In this document: positions 30,429-39,032 of the stretch, in pieces
Layout: every line of letters starts with the position of its first letter
Numbering within the stretch: position 1 is the stretch's first letter
Virus record (IMG/VR): IMGVR_UViG_3300018876_000008
Coordinates: 1 to 64,000 of that record
Reading direction: 5' to 3' (one strand)
Length of the DNA: 64,000 bases
Source: a virus
Made by a program: the position numbers and the translations under genes
The notes under the pieces: model-generated
Told to the model about the DNA's origin: nothing
What the model saw: the letters and a program-made list of their open reading frames with translations, nothing else
Databases searched by the model: none

Positions 30429-31318
30429 TGATGACTTCGATTTTAAACATAATAAGTAGTGTCTTTGGATTTATTAAAAAGAACCCTAAATTTTTCTTAG
30501 GTGTTCTTTTTGCGTTACTAATAGTTTTATTATTTAGACAATGTGAAAGTATTAAAACTTTAAAACATGAGATTGAAACTAAAGAGGTTGAATATAAAAA
30601 TGAACAAAATAGATTCTTTAACAATATTCAAAATTTAAAAGACTCGGTTCAGTTCATTGAAGAAGACAATCTATATGTTAAGTCACTTTTGAGAGTTAAA
30701 GATGATGAGTTAAAAGTTTTAGATAGTAAATTAGAATCTGCTAGAGTAAACATACAACAGTTAGCTAATCAAATTGATGAGAACTCAGAAGTTAAAAACA
30801 TTTATGTTACTGAAGTAAGTTCAGAATTGATTACTGACGATGTTATGACTCAATTAAAGAAAGATAGTGTAGGTAATCTTTCGATTGGAATTAAAGATTC
30901 TAATCAAATATATAGTTTAGAAACGGAGAGTTGGTTTAAACTGGTACCTTTTCAGGATTCATTAAAATTACAATTAATTGATAAATTTGGATTTGGTAAA
31001 TCGTCATTACTAAAACATAAATTAAATTTTTCTCTAACTTTATCTCAGATTGAGATGGAAAATGGACTTACTAGAGTATTAGTTCAACCAACAGACAATC
31101 AGGGTATACCTATTCCGCCAAGTATTCTTGAAATACCATTTATGAATGGTGTTGAATTCATGGATATAAAACCAAACATTATACCAACACCACCAGTTCG
31201 TAAAAGTAGAAGAGGTTTTGGAGTTTTAATTGGCCCATCATATGGTTTATATAGTATTGACGGCTCATTTCAACCAACATGGGGTATAGGAATAAGTGTA
31301 GGTTATAAAATTTTCTAA
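30428..31318 (+). CDS. Membrane-anchored coiled-coil protein with C-terminal beta-hairpin (spanin candidate)
   Basis: N-terminal TM ending LLFRQC, coiled coil, C-terminal GFGVLIGPSYG...GIGISVGYKIF. Confidence 0.5.
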   Translation: MMTSILNIISSVFGFIKKNPKFFLGVLFALLIVLLFRQCESIKTLKHEIETKEVEYKNEQNRFFNNIQNLKDSVQFIEEDNLYVKSLLRVKDDELKVLDSKLESARVNIQQLANQIDENSEVKNIYVTEVSSELITDDVMTQLKKDSVGNLSIGIKDSNQIYSLETESWFKLVPFQDSLKLQLIDKFGFGKSSLLKHKLNFSLTLSQIEMENGLTRVLVQPTDNQGIPIPPSILEIPFMNGVEFMDIKPNIIPTPPVRKSRRGFGVLIGPSYGLYSIDGSFQPTWGIGISVGYKIF

Positions 31319-31329
31319 TATTTATTAGT

Positions 31330-31578
31330 ATGGCACTGACACAAGCAGATAAAAACGACATTGAGGTAATGATTAGAAAGGAAATTAAGAGTTTTCTTGA
31401 ATCTACTACTATTAATCAATTTGAAAAGAAAATAATTGATAAAATACAAGATGAGATACGTAGAGGTAAAATAACTAAAGACGTTAGTGAAATTGTGGCT
31501 AAAGTCATGAAAGAATTTTATAAAATAATGTGGACTAGAAGAAGTTTTTGGGAGCCAACACTAAAAAATGTTAAGTAA
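31330..31578 (+). CDS. Hypothetical protein
   Basis: 82 aa; TATTTAT at 31319-31325 just upstream. Confidence 0.6.
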   Translation: MALTQADKNDIEVMIRKEIKSFLESTTINQFEKKIIDKIQDEIRRGKITKDVSEIVAKVMKEFYKIMWTRRSFWEPTLKNVK

Positions 31579-32483
31579 TGGATAAAGTATCGACACAATT
31601 AAAAAAATCATTAGGGAAAGAGATGGCTAAATCTATGAGTGATAACTATAGTAGTCATGGTGATAGTGATTCTATTAGTGATTTTATGACCGCAACCGCG
31701 AAACTTAAAAAAGAAGTTCAAGAAGATGGGGAACAGGGATACTCACCTCAAATAGGTAAAACAGACGGATTGACAAGTGATGTATTAACTAAGATACTAA
31801 CTAAAATAGCTAAAGATTTAGATGATGAAATGGAATCAACTAAAGAAGAACCAAATGAAGCCATGGGTGCGGGTTCAGCTGGTGGGTATGTTGGACCATT
31901 ATTTGGTAAAGTTGAAAAGAAAAAAATTAAAGAGGAAAAACTAAAAGGGGGGTTAGCTGATGGTATGAGTATTGAATCACTTGCTGACCATCATAATGTT
32001 GAAGTTGAAAAGGTAATTGACGCTTTAGAAATAGGTGTTAATGTAGAGTTAGAACACACTACTGAAATGATGTTAGCATTTGAAATAGCTATGGACCATA
32101 TCTATGAAGATTTAGATTACTATAATAAATTAGAAAAAATAGAATCTAAAGAGGCTACAACATCATCCTCCTCAGGACCATATGATGCTCCATTTGGGGG
32201 ACCTAAAAGAGACCCATTAAAAATAGACACACCTAAAAGTGTTTATTCTAATTTAAGGTCAGTACAGGACAAAAACTTCCCAAAGTATGGAGGTAAAGGT
32301 GGTACATATGTTAAAATTAAAGATAAGTGTAAAAAATTCCCTTACTGTAATCAAGGTGATATAAATGCTTTAGAATTCTTTGAAAATAACATAGTAAAAG
32401 AAGCCATAAAACGAGTATCTCAAAAATATAACTTAGATAGTTCCTTTATAAAGGGGGTTATTATGGAGAAGTTAAATAAATAA
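31578..32483 (+). CDS. DUF5661-like domain protein
   Basis: GVNVELEHT...AFEIAMDHIYEDLDYYNKL; CKKFPYC. Confidence 0.6.
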   Translation: MDKVSTQLKKSLGKEMAKSMSDNYSSHGDSDSISDFMTATAKLKKEVQEDGEQGYSPQIGKTDGLTSDVLTKILTKIAKDLDDEMESTKEEPNEAMGAGSAGGYVGPLFGKVEKKKIKEEKLKGGLADGMSIESLADHHNVEVEKVIDALEIGVNVELEHTTEMMLAFEIAMDHIYEDLDYYNKLEKIESKEATTSSSSGPYDAPFGGPKRDPLKIDTPKSVYSNLRSVQDKNFPKYGGKGGTYVKIKDKCKKFPYCNQGDINALEFFENNIVKEAIKRVSQKYNLDSSFIKGVIMEKLNK

Positions 32484-32498
32484 TTGATACTTACTATA

Positions 32499-32506
32499 TA
32501 TTTATA
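32499..32506 (+). promoter_or_regulatory. TATTTATA motif, putative late promoter
   Basis: 14 nt before the ATG at 32521. Confidence 0.5.
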
Positions 32507-32520
32507 ATAAAAATACTGAT

Positions 32521-33606
32521 ATGAAAGATATTGAAAATATGATTGAAAACCTTGTTGAAAGAGTTCTAAGCGAGGAAGTCAATAAAAAAGTTAAAGATAT
32601 TACTGAATCTGTTTCGGGTGAAATCGATGAAATGGAAGAGTATTACGAAGTAGCCAAAAATCGTAAAGAAGATAGAATGGCTAAAAAAGAAGAATCAAAA
32701 GAAGGAATGGGTAAAATGCCAGAATTAAGAGACAAATTCGATGGAAGAGACTCTAAGGTTGTTGGTGTCTATTCTGATATAGATAAGCAACGTGAGGAAA
32801 TGGAAGAAGAGGAAGTTGAAGAAGGAAATAAATTTAGTGGTGCGAGAGCAGAGGCTATTAAAAATGGAGAAAAAGAGTTTACTGTTGATGGTGAAACTTA
32901 CCCTGTTGAAGATGAAGAAGATGAGGTTAAAAGTGAATCTAAAAAACAGACTCTTCAATTAACTGAAGATGAAATGATTGAACTTATCCAAAGAATAGTA
33001 AAAGAACAAAAAATTGAAGGTATTTCATCTGAAAAAAAATCAATGAAAACTTCTAAAAAAGATAATGAAGATTACATTAAGTCCGTAACTAAAAAAATGA
33101 CAGAATATCTTAAAGACGCTGATGAAGGAAAGTATGAAGCTAACCCTACAGAGTTCCCAAAAGGTAATGGAGATAGAAAAGATGATAAGATGATGTACAC
33201 TGCCTCTAAAGGGGTTGAAGAGTATATAGACCAAATAGCACGTTCAGGGGGTATGGAAAACTTAGACTACGACCAAATCAAACCTGACGAAGAATGGTTA
33301 GACCTTAACATACTTGGTTCGTCAGAAACAGGTAATAATCCTGAATGGGGCAATGCGGTTAAAACAGACACAGGAGAAAAAGTTAAAGATAGAATGGATA
33401 AAAACGTTCTTGCTAAACTTAAGAAACAGTCATATAACAAAGCACCTCAACCTGTTACAGATTTTGCTGGTAAAAAAACACATGATGAAGACATGGCAGG
33501 TATTGAAGTAGCTGAATCAAAAACTGAAAACAAAAAGAAAGAAAAAGTAAATGAGGAAATTGATAAAATGAAAAAATTAATTTCTCACAATTACAAAACT
33601 CAGTAA
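32521..33606 (+). CDS. Highly charged protein, putative internal head/scaffold-type protein
   Basis: LVERVLSEE, LTEDEMIELIQRIVKEQ, VNEEIDKMKKLI motifs. Confidence 0.55.
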   Translation: MKDIENMIENLVERVLSEEVNKKVKDITESVSGEIDEMEEYYEVAKNRKEDRMAKKEESKEGMGKMPELRDKFDGRDSKVVGVYSDIDKQREEMEEEEVEEGNKFSGARAEAIKNGEKEFTVDGETYPVEDEEDEVKSESKKQTLQLTEDEMIELIQRIVKEQKIEGISSEKKSMKTSKKDNEDYIKSVTKKMTEYLKDADEGKYEANPTEFPKGNGDRKDDKMMYTASKGVEEYIDQIARSGGMENLDYDQIKPDEEWLDLNILGSSETGNNPEWGNAVKTDTGEKVKDRMDKNVLAKLKKQSYNKAPQPVTDFAGKKTHDEDMAGIEVAESKTENKKKEKVNEEIDKMKKLISHNYKTQ

Positions 33607-33650
33607 ACAATAAAACTTTATATTTTTTTGGTCCATTCTATATTTTTAAT

Positions 33651-34136
33651 ATGAAAAGATATAGTATGGACCAATTTTTTAACTGGCTATCTAAACCTAT
33701 GAAAAAGGAGGATGTAGAAATATGGAATCGCGCCAACAATATTATTCCTGAATATTGTGATTTATTTGAGGACTTTAGTTTTTCCTTATTTTTTTTAGTT
33801 AGTACCACTTATTTAGGTTTTAGTCACGGTGAGAATAATATGACTAAAATTGGTGTAAGTAATGTTGAAAAAGTAAAACACTTTCAATGGTGTTGGAATA
33901 AGACTATCAAAAATTTTAATAAAGAAAATATAGTTTTCGACTTTAATAAAAGTGATTACGACTATTTCGAATCTTTCTATATGGAAGTATTTTATGACCA
34001 ACGAGATGAAAAGGTGAGGGACACTATTGAAACTTTCCTAAAGGAGTTATTCAATAGGAAAAGAGCGGTTACAAAATCTGATATGGAAATGTTTACTGAT
34101 TTATATAAGACATTAGAACGTTCACTTAAAATATAA
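33651..34136 (+). CDS. Hypothetical protein
   Basis: 161 aa ORF. Confidence 0.6.
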   Translation: MKRYSMDQFFNWLSKPMKKEDVEIWNRANNIIPEYCDLFEDFSFSLFFLVSTTYLGFSHGENNMTKIGVSNVEKVKHFQWCWNKTIKNFNKENIVFDFNKSDYDYFESFYMEVFYDQRDEKVRDTIETFLKELFNRKRAVTKSDMEMFTDLYKTLERSLKI

Positions 34137-34215
34137 TTTTTTCCTTTTCTATTTACTATGAGCAATATAAAATTAACTTTTTACTAAAATAAACTAAAAT
34201 AAGATTTTTAAAAAA

Positions 34216-34386
34216 ATGGAAACATTAGAAACAATTAAAGGACTAGTCGAAGAACTTTCAGTGGACACTACTAAGTTCTATGGTGGTAACAAATCTGCCG
34301 GTGTAAGGGCTAGAAAAAGCGCACAACAACTAAAAGCACTTTTACAAGATTTAAGAAAAGAAATTTTGGAAGAAAAAAATAAGTAA
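34216..34386 (+). CDS. Histone H1-like Hc1-family small DNA-binding protein (56 aa; not in ORF track)
   Basis: METLETIKGLVEELSVDTTKFYGGNKSAGVRARKSAQQLKALLQDLRKEILEEKNK; GNKxAGxRARK is the Hc1-family signature. Confidence 0.8.
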   Translation: METLETIKGLVEELSVDTTKFYGGNKSAGVRARKSAQQLKALLQDLRKEILEEKNK

Positions 34387-34390
34387 GTCT

Positions 34391-34588
34391 ATGTTAGAGA
34401 ATGTAATGACATATATCACTATTTTTACTGCGGTATTTTCAACATTATCACTATTAAGATTAGCTATTAACTTTATTAGAGCTCTCCTCTCCAATCCACC
34501 TAAAAAGTTTGAGATTGGCGGGAGAGCAATAATATATTATGGTATTTGTTTATCATATTTAATAACACTATCAATAATATCATTATGA
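34391..34588 (+). CDS. Small two-TM membrane protein
   Basis: Two hydrophobic helices in 65 aa. Confidence 0.55.
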   Translation: MLENVMTYITIFTAVFSTLSLLRLAINFIRALLSNPPKKFEIGGRAIIYYGICLSYLITLSIISL

Positions 34589-35046
34589 GTACATATTATA
34601 ACTTTTTAGAAAAAATACATCCGTATTTAAAGTCAGTCAGAAAACTAAAGACTCACGTTAGTTATGATTTAATATTTTCAGATAGATGGTCAATACCTAA
34701 AAACAAGGCTAAAAATATTGAAATAGTTAAGAACGGTGTGGAAGCGGGGTATATACAATTATCTTTTGTTTGTCCGATTAATCGTGATACGGTTGGTGAA
34801 GTTGAAAGTTTTATAGACGGTATTATTAAATCTAACCAAGAAAGAGAAGAGAAAGAAAAACTATTTAGGTCGAAAGTTCAAGAATTAAAAGGTATTTTTG
34901 AAAAACAAAAATTAGAAGATTTAAAAGGTTTAAAATTTGATGTTGATGAAATAACTAGTTTAATAAATTCAAATGAAGGAGATATCGAATCAGGACATAC
35001 AGAAGGAGCTGAAGTTACTACAGACGGAACGACTAAAGTCGATTAA
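34585..35046 (+). CDS. Hypothetical protein
   Basis: Start MSTYYNFL is ATGA-coupled to the upstream stop. Confidence 0.6.
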   Translation: MSTYYNFLEKIHPYLKSVRKLKTHVSYDLIFSDRWSIPKNKAKNIEIVKNGVEAGYIQLSFVCPINRDTVGEVESFIDGIIKSNQEREEKEKLFRSKVQELKGIFEKQKLEDLKGLKFDVDEITSLINSNEGDIESGHTEGAEVTTDGTTKVD

Positions 35047-35182
35047 AGAAATTGAATCCTCCAAAAACTTATTCATTAAGGAAATAAAATCCTTAAAAAA
35101 AGATAGTGTGTCTAATACTATTTTTGTTGAAAAAAAATATACAATATGGGAAAGGATAAGAAAAGTTTTAGGGATGAGTTAG
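34973..35182 (+). CDS. Hypothetical protein
   Basis: 69 aa ORF. Confidence 0.5.
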   Translation: MKEISNQDIQKELKLLQTERLKSIKEIESSKNLFIKEIKSLKKDSVSNTIFVEKKYTIWERIRKVLGMS

Positions 35183-35373
35183 AAAAGTTAGCTAATATTT
35201 CTCAGTTAGTCGACAATTCAATTTTGTCAAAGGGAGATGTTAATATAATAATAGAGTTAGAATCTAAAGAATATTTAAAAATAATCAAAAATTTTGCGGA
35301 TATTTATAAAAAGTCAGAAGAATTCGTAATTGAAATCTCTGATACTAAATTTACGTTCGTTTTGAAAAAGTAG
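35146..35373 (+). CDS. Hypothetical protein
   Basis: 75 aa ORF. Confidence 0.5.
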   Translation: MGKDKKSFRDELEKLANISQLVDNSILSKGDVNIIIELESKEYLKIIKNFADIYKKSEEFVIEISDTKFTFVLKK

Positions 35374-35995
35374 TAGTCTGTCTATATAACTTCTTTTTAT
35401 CAAATCCATTTTTAACTAATAAATCATACATCCATTTTCTTTGTGTTGTTGAGACATCCTTAACAAATATTGAATCATTTCTATTGTTATCTCTGAAATA
35501 CTGTTCCATAGTTTCTAAAAGTCTATGAGAATCCTGAATATTTTTTAAACTGAATACTCTAAACACATCATTTATTTGTATTACCAATTTGTTATTTAAA
35601 GTCGAAATACTTTTCATTTCTTTTTTAATACAATATTTTGATATTAATTTATCAAATCCGATTCTTTTATTGGTTTGCCAATCAAATACTTTTTCTTCAA
35701 CTCGATAAGGTTTTATATCTTTTATGATATAGTCTGAATCGTCAGACATAAAAATTTCTTCATTACGCCCAATCTCGTCTTCAACGAATAGTGGTATTTG
35801 AAATGAGTCTTGATTACTTAATAATGCTAGTTCATATTTAGATTCTTCCGCATTTTCGTATCTTACCTCAAAATAACAATTATTATTTTTAATAAGAGAT
35901 TTAAATTTATCACGAGCACGTTTCTCTGACTGATAACCTTTGATTATCTTTTTCTTTTTCTTATTCTTAAATAATACAATTATATAATTCTGCAT
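35351..35995 (-). CDS. Hypothetical protein
   Basis: 214 aa ORF whose start codon overlaps the dnaJ start codon (CATG). Confidence 0.65.
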   Translation of the reverse strand: MQNYIIVLFKNKKKKKIIKGYQSEKRARDKFKSLIKNNNCYFEVRYENAEESKYELALLSNQDSFQIPLFVEDEIGRNEEIFMSDDSDYIIKDIKPYRVEEKVFDWQTNKRIGFDKLISKYCIKKEMKSISTLNNKLVIQINDVFRVFSLKNIQDSHRLLETMEQYFRDNNRNDSIFVKDVSTTQRKWMYDLLVKNGFDKKKLYRQTTTFSKRT

Positions 35996-36947
35996 GAAGA
36001 ACTATTATCAAATTTTAGGTGTTAATAAAGACGCTTCTCAATCGGAGATTAAAAAAGCGTATAGAAAATTAAGTAAACAATATCATCCAGATGTCAACCC
36101 TCAAGGGGAAGATAAATTCAAAGAAATTGTTGAAGCTTATGATATTTTAGGTGATGAAGGTAAAAGAAAACAGTATGACAACCCAAATCCTTTTGGTGGT
36201 GGTAATCCATTTGATGCATTCAGTCAAATGTTTAATAGACAACGTAGACCACAAAAACCTAAGGTAAAAGATAGGATAATAAAAGTTACCTTAACTCCTG
36301 AACAATCCTTTAAGGGTCTTAATAAAGAATTAACATATAAATCTAAAGAATCTTGTCAAATGTGTGCCGGAACAGGAGGTAACAAAAATGTATGTACATC
36401 ATGTTCTGGAAGAGGAGTACACCAACAGAAAGTTGGTACGGGATTTTTTACTCAAATAGTTGAGACACAATGTCCAAGTTGCCAAGGTAGAGGTCAAATA
36501 GTGATTGACCCATGTATTAATTGTAATGGAGTAGGTGCAATCGATAAATTTAAAAACATTAGAGTTGATATACCTAAAGGGGTTGACACAGGAGATTTTT
36601 TAAGGGTTAATGGAAAAGGTGATTTTATAAATGGTATACAAGGAGATTTATTAGTACAAATTAATTTGATAAAAAGTAAGTATGAAAAGGTTGGTAATGA
36701 TTTGGTATTTCAACTGATAATTAGTCCTATTGACATGATTACTAACCAAACACTAATAGTCTCACACCCTGACGGGGACTTACAAATTAACTTACCAAAG
36801 GAGTTAAGTACGGAAAAACCCCTTAGAATAAAATCTAAAGGGTTTGTAACTAAGAGGGGTATTGGTGATTTTTATATCAAAATTTCAGTAATAAATAAAC
36901 AGATTACTGAAGATGATAAATCTAAACTTAAAGAATTATTTAAGTAA
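35994..36947 (+). CDS. dnaJ: DnaJ co-chaperone with zinc-finger domain
   Basis: J-domain with HPD, short G/F region, four CxxCxGxG repeats, C-terminal domain. Confidence 0.92.
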   Translation: MKNYYQILGVNKDASQSEIKKAYRKLSKQYHPDVNPQGEDKFKEIVEAYDILGDEGKRKQYDNPNPFGGGNPFDAFSQMFNRQRRPQKPKVKDRIIKVTLTPEQSFKGLNKELTYKSKESCQMCAGTGGNKNVCTSCSGRGVHQQKVGTGFFTQIVETQCPSCQGRGQIVIDPCINCNGVGAIDKFKNIRVDIPKGVDTGDFLRVNGKGDFINGIQGDLLVQINLIKSKYEKVGNDLVFQLIISPIDMITNQTLIVSHPDGDLQINLPKELSTEKPLRIKSKGFVTKRGIGDFYIKISVINKQITEDDKSKLKELFK

Positions 36948-37115
36948 CGTTCCAATAAGTTGAATTAATTTTATAGTCCCGTATATTGATGTACCCAACA
37001 TGTAGAATGAAATTAATACTACAAATTTTTGACTAACATTTAAACCCTTATTACAGGTCTTACACTTTTTGTCTTTTTTTATTTCTTCTCCCTTAACTGT
37101 ATACTCTTTTGACAT
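36936..37115 (-). CDS. Small CxxC + TM protein (59 aa; not in ORF track)
   Basis: [59 protein letters not shown]; sense TATTTATA at 37172-37179. Confidence 0.55.
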   Translation of the reverse strand: MSKEYTVKGEEIKKDKKCKTCNKGLNVSQKFVVLISFYMLGTSIYGTIKLIQLIGTLLK

Positions 37116-37182
37116 AATATTATTTTTAATACGTCTAATTTAAGTAAAAAACATTACTTTGTAAATCAATATATAAATAATA

Positions 37183-37539
37183 TTAGTCTTTAGTTGCCAC
37201 TAAAAAGTTAATATCGGTGATTATCTTAGCTCTTGACTTTAGACCGTTAGAATATGTCACTTCAACATAATCATTATCAAGGTAATGTTTCCACACACCA
37301 TGTTTTACTCCATTCTTAAACTTACCTATAACTAATAAGTTTCCACTTTTGTCATATTGTTTCCATATACCAATATGTTTACCATTTTCATTGTATGTCC
37401 CTTCTTCTAATATTATTCCTGTTTCAGATGTTTTTGTATAGACAATATTATTGTCAAAATCTCTAACATATGTTTTTTGTTCTTGAGACAGTACACTTAT
37501 TGAAAATAACATAGACATAATTAATAATAAATTTCTCAT
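37183..37539 (-). CDS. Secreted MORN-variant (YwqK-like) repeat protein
   Basis: Signal peptide MRNLLLIMSMLFSISVLSQ; NGKHIGIWKQYD and NGVKHGVWKHY repeats. Confidence 0.7.
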   Translation of the reverse strand: MRNLLLIMSMLFSISVLSQEQKTYVRDFDNNIVYTKTSETGIILEEGTYNENGKHIGIWKQYDKSGNLLVIGKFKNGVKHGVWKHYLDNDYVEVTYSNGLKSRAKIITDINFLVATKD

Positions 37540-37712
37540 AATTATTGTTATTTAGATTAGGTTTATTTTATACCACTTCAGTGATAAAATATGTTACTCA
37601 TTTTAATATTTCAATAACTGTTTGGTAACAGTTTGGTAACATTTAGTTAACAATAAATATAGTTAAAATTGATAATATGTCTATAAAATCATTCATTTTA
37701 AACTCCTTTGTA

Positions 37713-37720
37713 TATTTATA
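37713..37720 (+). promoter_or_regulatory. TATTTATA motif, putative late promoter
   Basis: 13 nt before the ATG at 37734. Confidence 0.5.
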
Positions 37721-37733
37721 ATAAAAAAATATT

Positions 37734-37946
37734 ATGAAAAAAATTTTAGATTTTATTAAAAATGTTTACAATTTAGTTAAGAATTGGATTGTTGGAAACG
37801 GTATCGAAGGTGTAGTTGGGCTAATTGCAGGTTTATTACTATGGTCATTCGGTTATAAGATTTATGCAGGTTTCGCATTTGGTGTATTTGCAACCAGAAA
37901 TTGGGAACTACTTAAATCTTGGGTAATTAAGAAGATTGGTAAATAA
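37734..37946 (+). CDS. Small membrane protein (holin candidate)
   Basis: 70 aa with amphipathic N-terminus, hydrophobic core and basic C-terminus; monocistronic. Confidence 0.5.
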   Translation: MKKILDFIKNVYNLVKNWIVGNGIEGVVGLIAGLLLWSFGYKIYAGFAFGVFATRNWELLKSWVIKKIGK

Positions 37947-37951
37947 GAAAT

Positions 37952-37980
37952 AAAAAACCTCACTTCGGTGGGGTTTTTTT
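37952..37980 (+). terminator. Intrinsic terminator with UUCG tetraloop
   Basis: AAAAAACCTCAC-TTCG-GTGGGGTTTTTTT. Confidence 0.88.
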
Positions 37981-37990
37981 ATGGTTTACA

Positions 37991-38021
37991 TTTGCTTTTT
38001 GAATATTTTTTACTATGTTTG
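37991..38021 (+). promoter_or_regulatory. Bacteroidota primary-sigma promoter TTTG-N19-TATGTTTG
   Basis: Exact consensus upstream of the methylase gene. Confidence 0.75.
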
Positions 38022-38036
38022 TAAAAAAGAAAAATT

Positions 38037-38954
38037 ATGTTATCATATATCGGAGGTAAAAGTAGAATAGGTAAATGGATAGTAGAGTACTATCCAACAG
38101 ACATGGAGGTCTATTTAGAAACATTTGGAGGAATGTTTTGGTGTTTTTATAATATGGACTTAGATTTATATCCTAATCTTAAGAAAGTGGTTTATAATGA
38201 TTTTAATCCACTAAACTATAATTTGTTTCTTTGTATTCAGAATCCAACAGAATTACTTAAAGCTGTTGAAAATATACCTTGTCAACAAAAAGGGGTTTAT
38301 CCAACGCCACCAATGTATAAAGATTTATTTAATGAGTTTCAGAAAGAAATATTTGCAGACTCGTATACTACAATCAAAAAACCTAATTATGAATTGGCCG
38401 CTAAATATGCTTATGTTCTAACTCAAGTTTTTAGTGGTAGTAAACCTGAAACATCAAGTTTCATTGACCTTAAAGGGAAGTATAAATCAAAATACTTAAC
38501 ATTTAGAGATAAATTAAAGAATGATAAGTGGGTTAAAAAATTCTTAGCGGTCACTCACGTTGAGAATATGGATTTTGATGACGTAATTGAAAAATATGAT
38601 TCACCAACAACGTATATATATTTAGACCCACCGTATTGGAAAACTGAAAATTATTATTCTAATCATGATTTTGACCGAAATGACCATGAAAGACTTGCCA
38701 ACACCTTGCAAAATGTAAAAGGTAAATTTTCATTATCTTACTACGACTTTGACCTTTTACATACTTGGTTTCCTAAAACTAAATTCGCTTGGGCGGAAAA
38801 AGATTTTGCTAAAGCTGCTGCGGCATCTAAAGGTAAAAAACAAAATAAAGGTACTGAGTTATTGATTATGAATTATACTATAAAAGGTATAACATCGTTT
38901 GAAGTTAAAACAGAAAATGAAATCAATAGAGGTCAACTTTCTTTAGACCTATAA
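38037..38954 (+). CDS. Dam-family (D12 class) N6-adenine DNA methyltransferase
   Basis: SYIGGK, ETFGG, YND, YLDPPY, ELLIMNY. Confidence 0.88.
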   Translation: MLSYIGGKSRIGKWIVEYYPTDMEVYLETFGGMFWCFYNMDLDLYPNLKKVVYNDFNPLNYNLFLCIQNPTELLKAVENIPCQQKGVYPTPPMYKDLFNEFQKEIFADSYTTIKKPNYELAAKYAYVLTQVFSGSKPETSSFIDLKGKYKSKYLTFRDKLKNDKWVKKFLAVTHVENMDFDDVIEKYDSPTTYIYLDPPYWKTENYYSNHDFDRNDHERLANTLQNVKGKFSLSYYDFDLLHTWFPKTKFAWAEKDFAKAAAASKGKKQNKGTELLIMNYTIKGITSFEVKTENEINRGQLSLDL

Positions 38955-39032
38955 TTACATACACTTCTTATACAATATAAAAAATAGAATATTTTTAATT
39001 TATAACATATTTATATGAAAACGAATAGAGAT

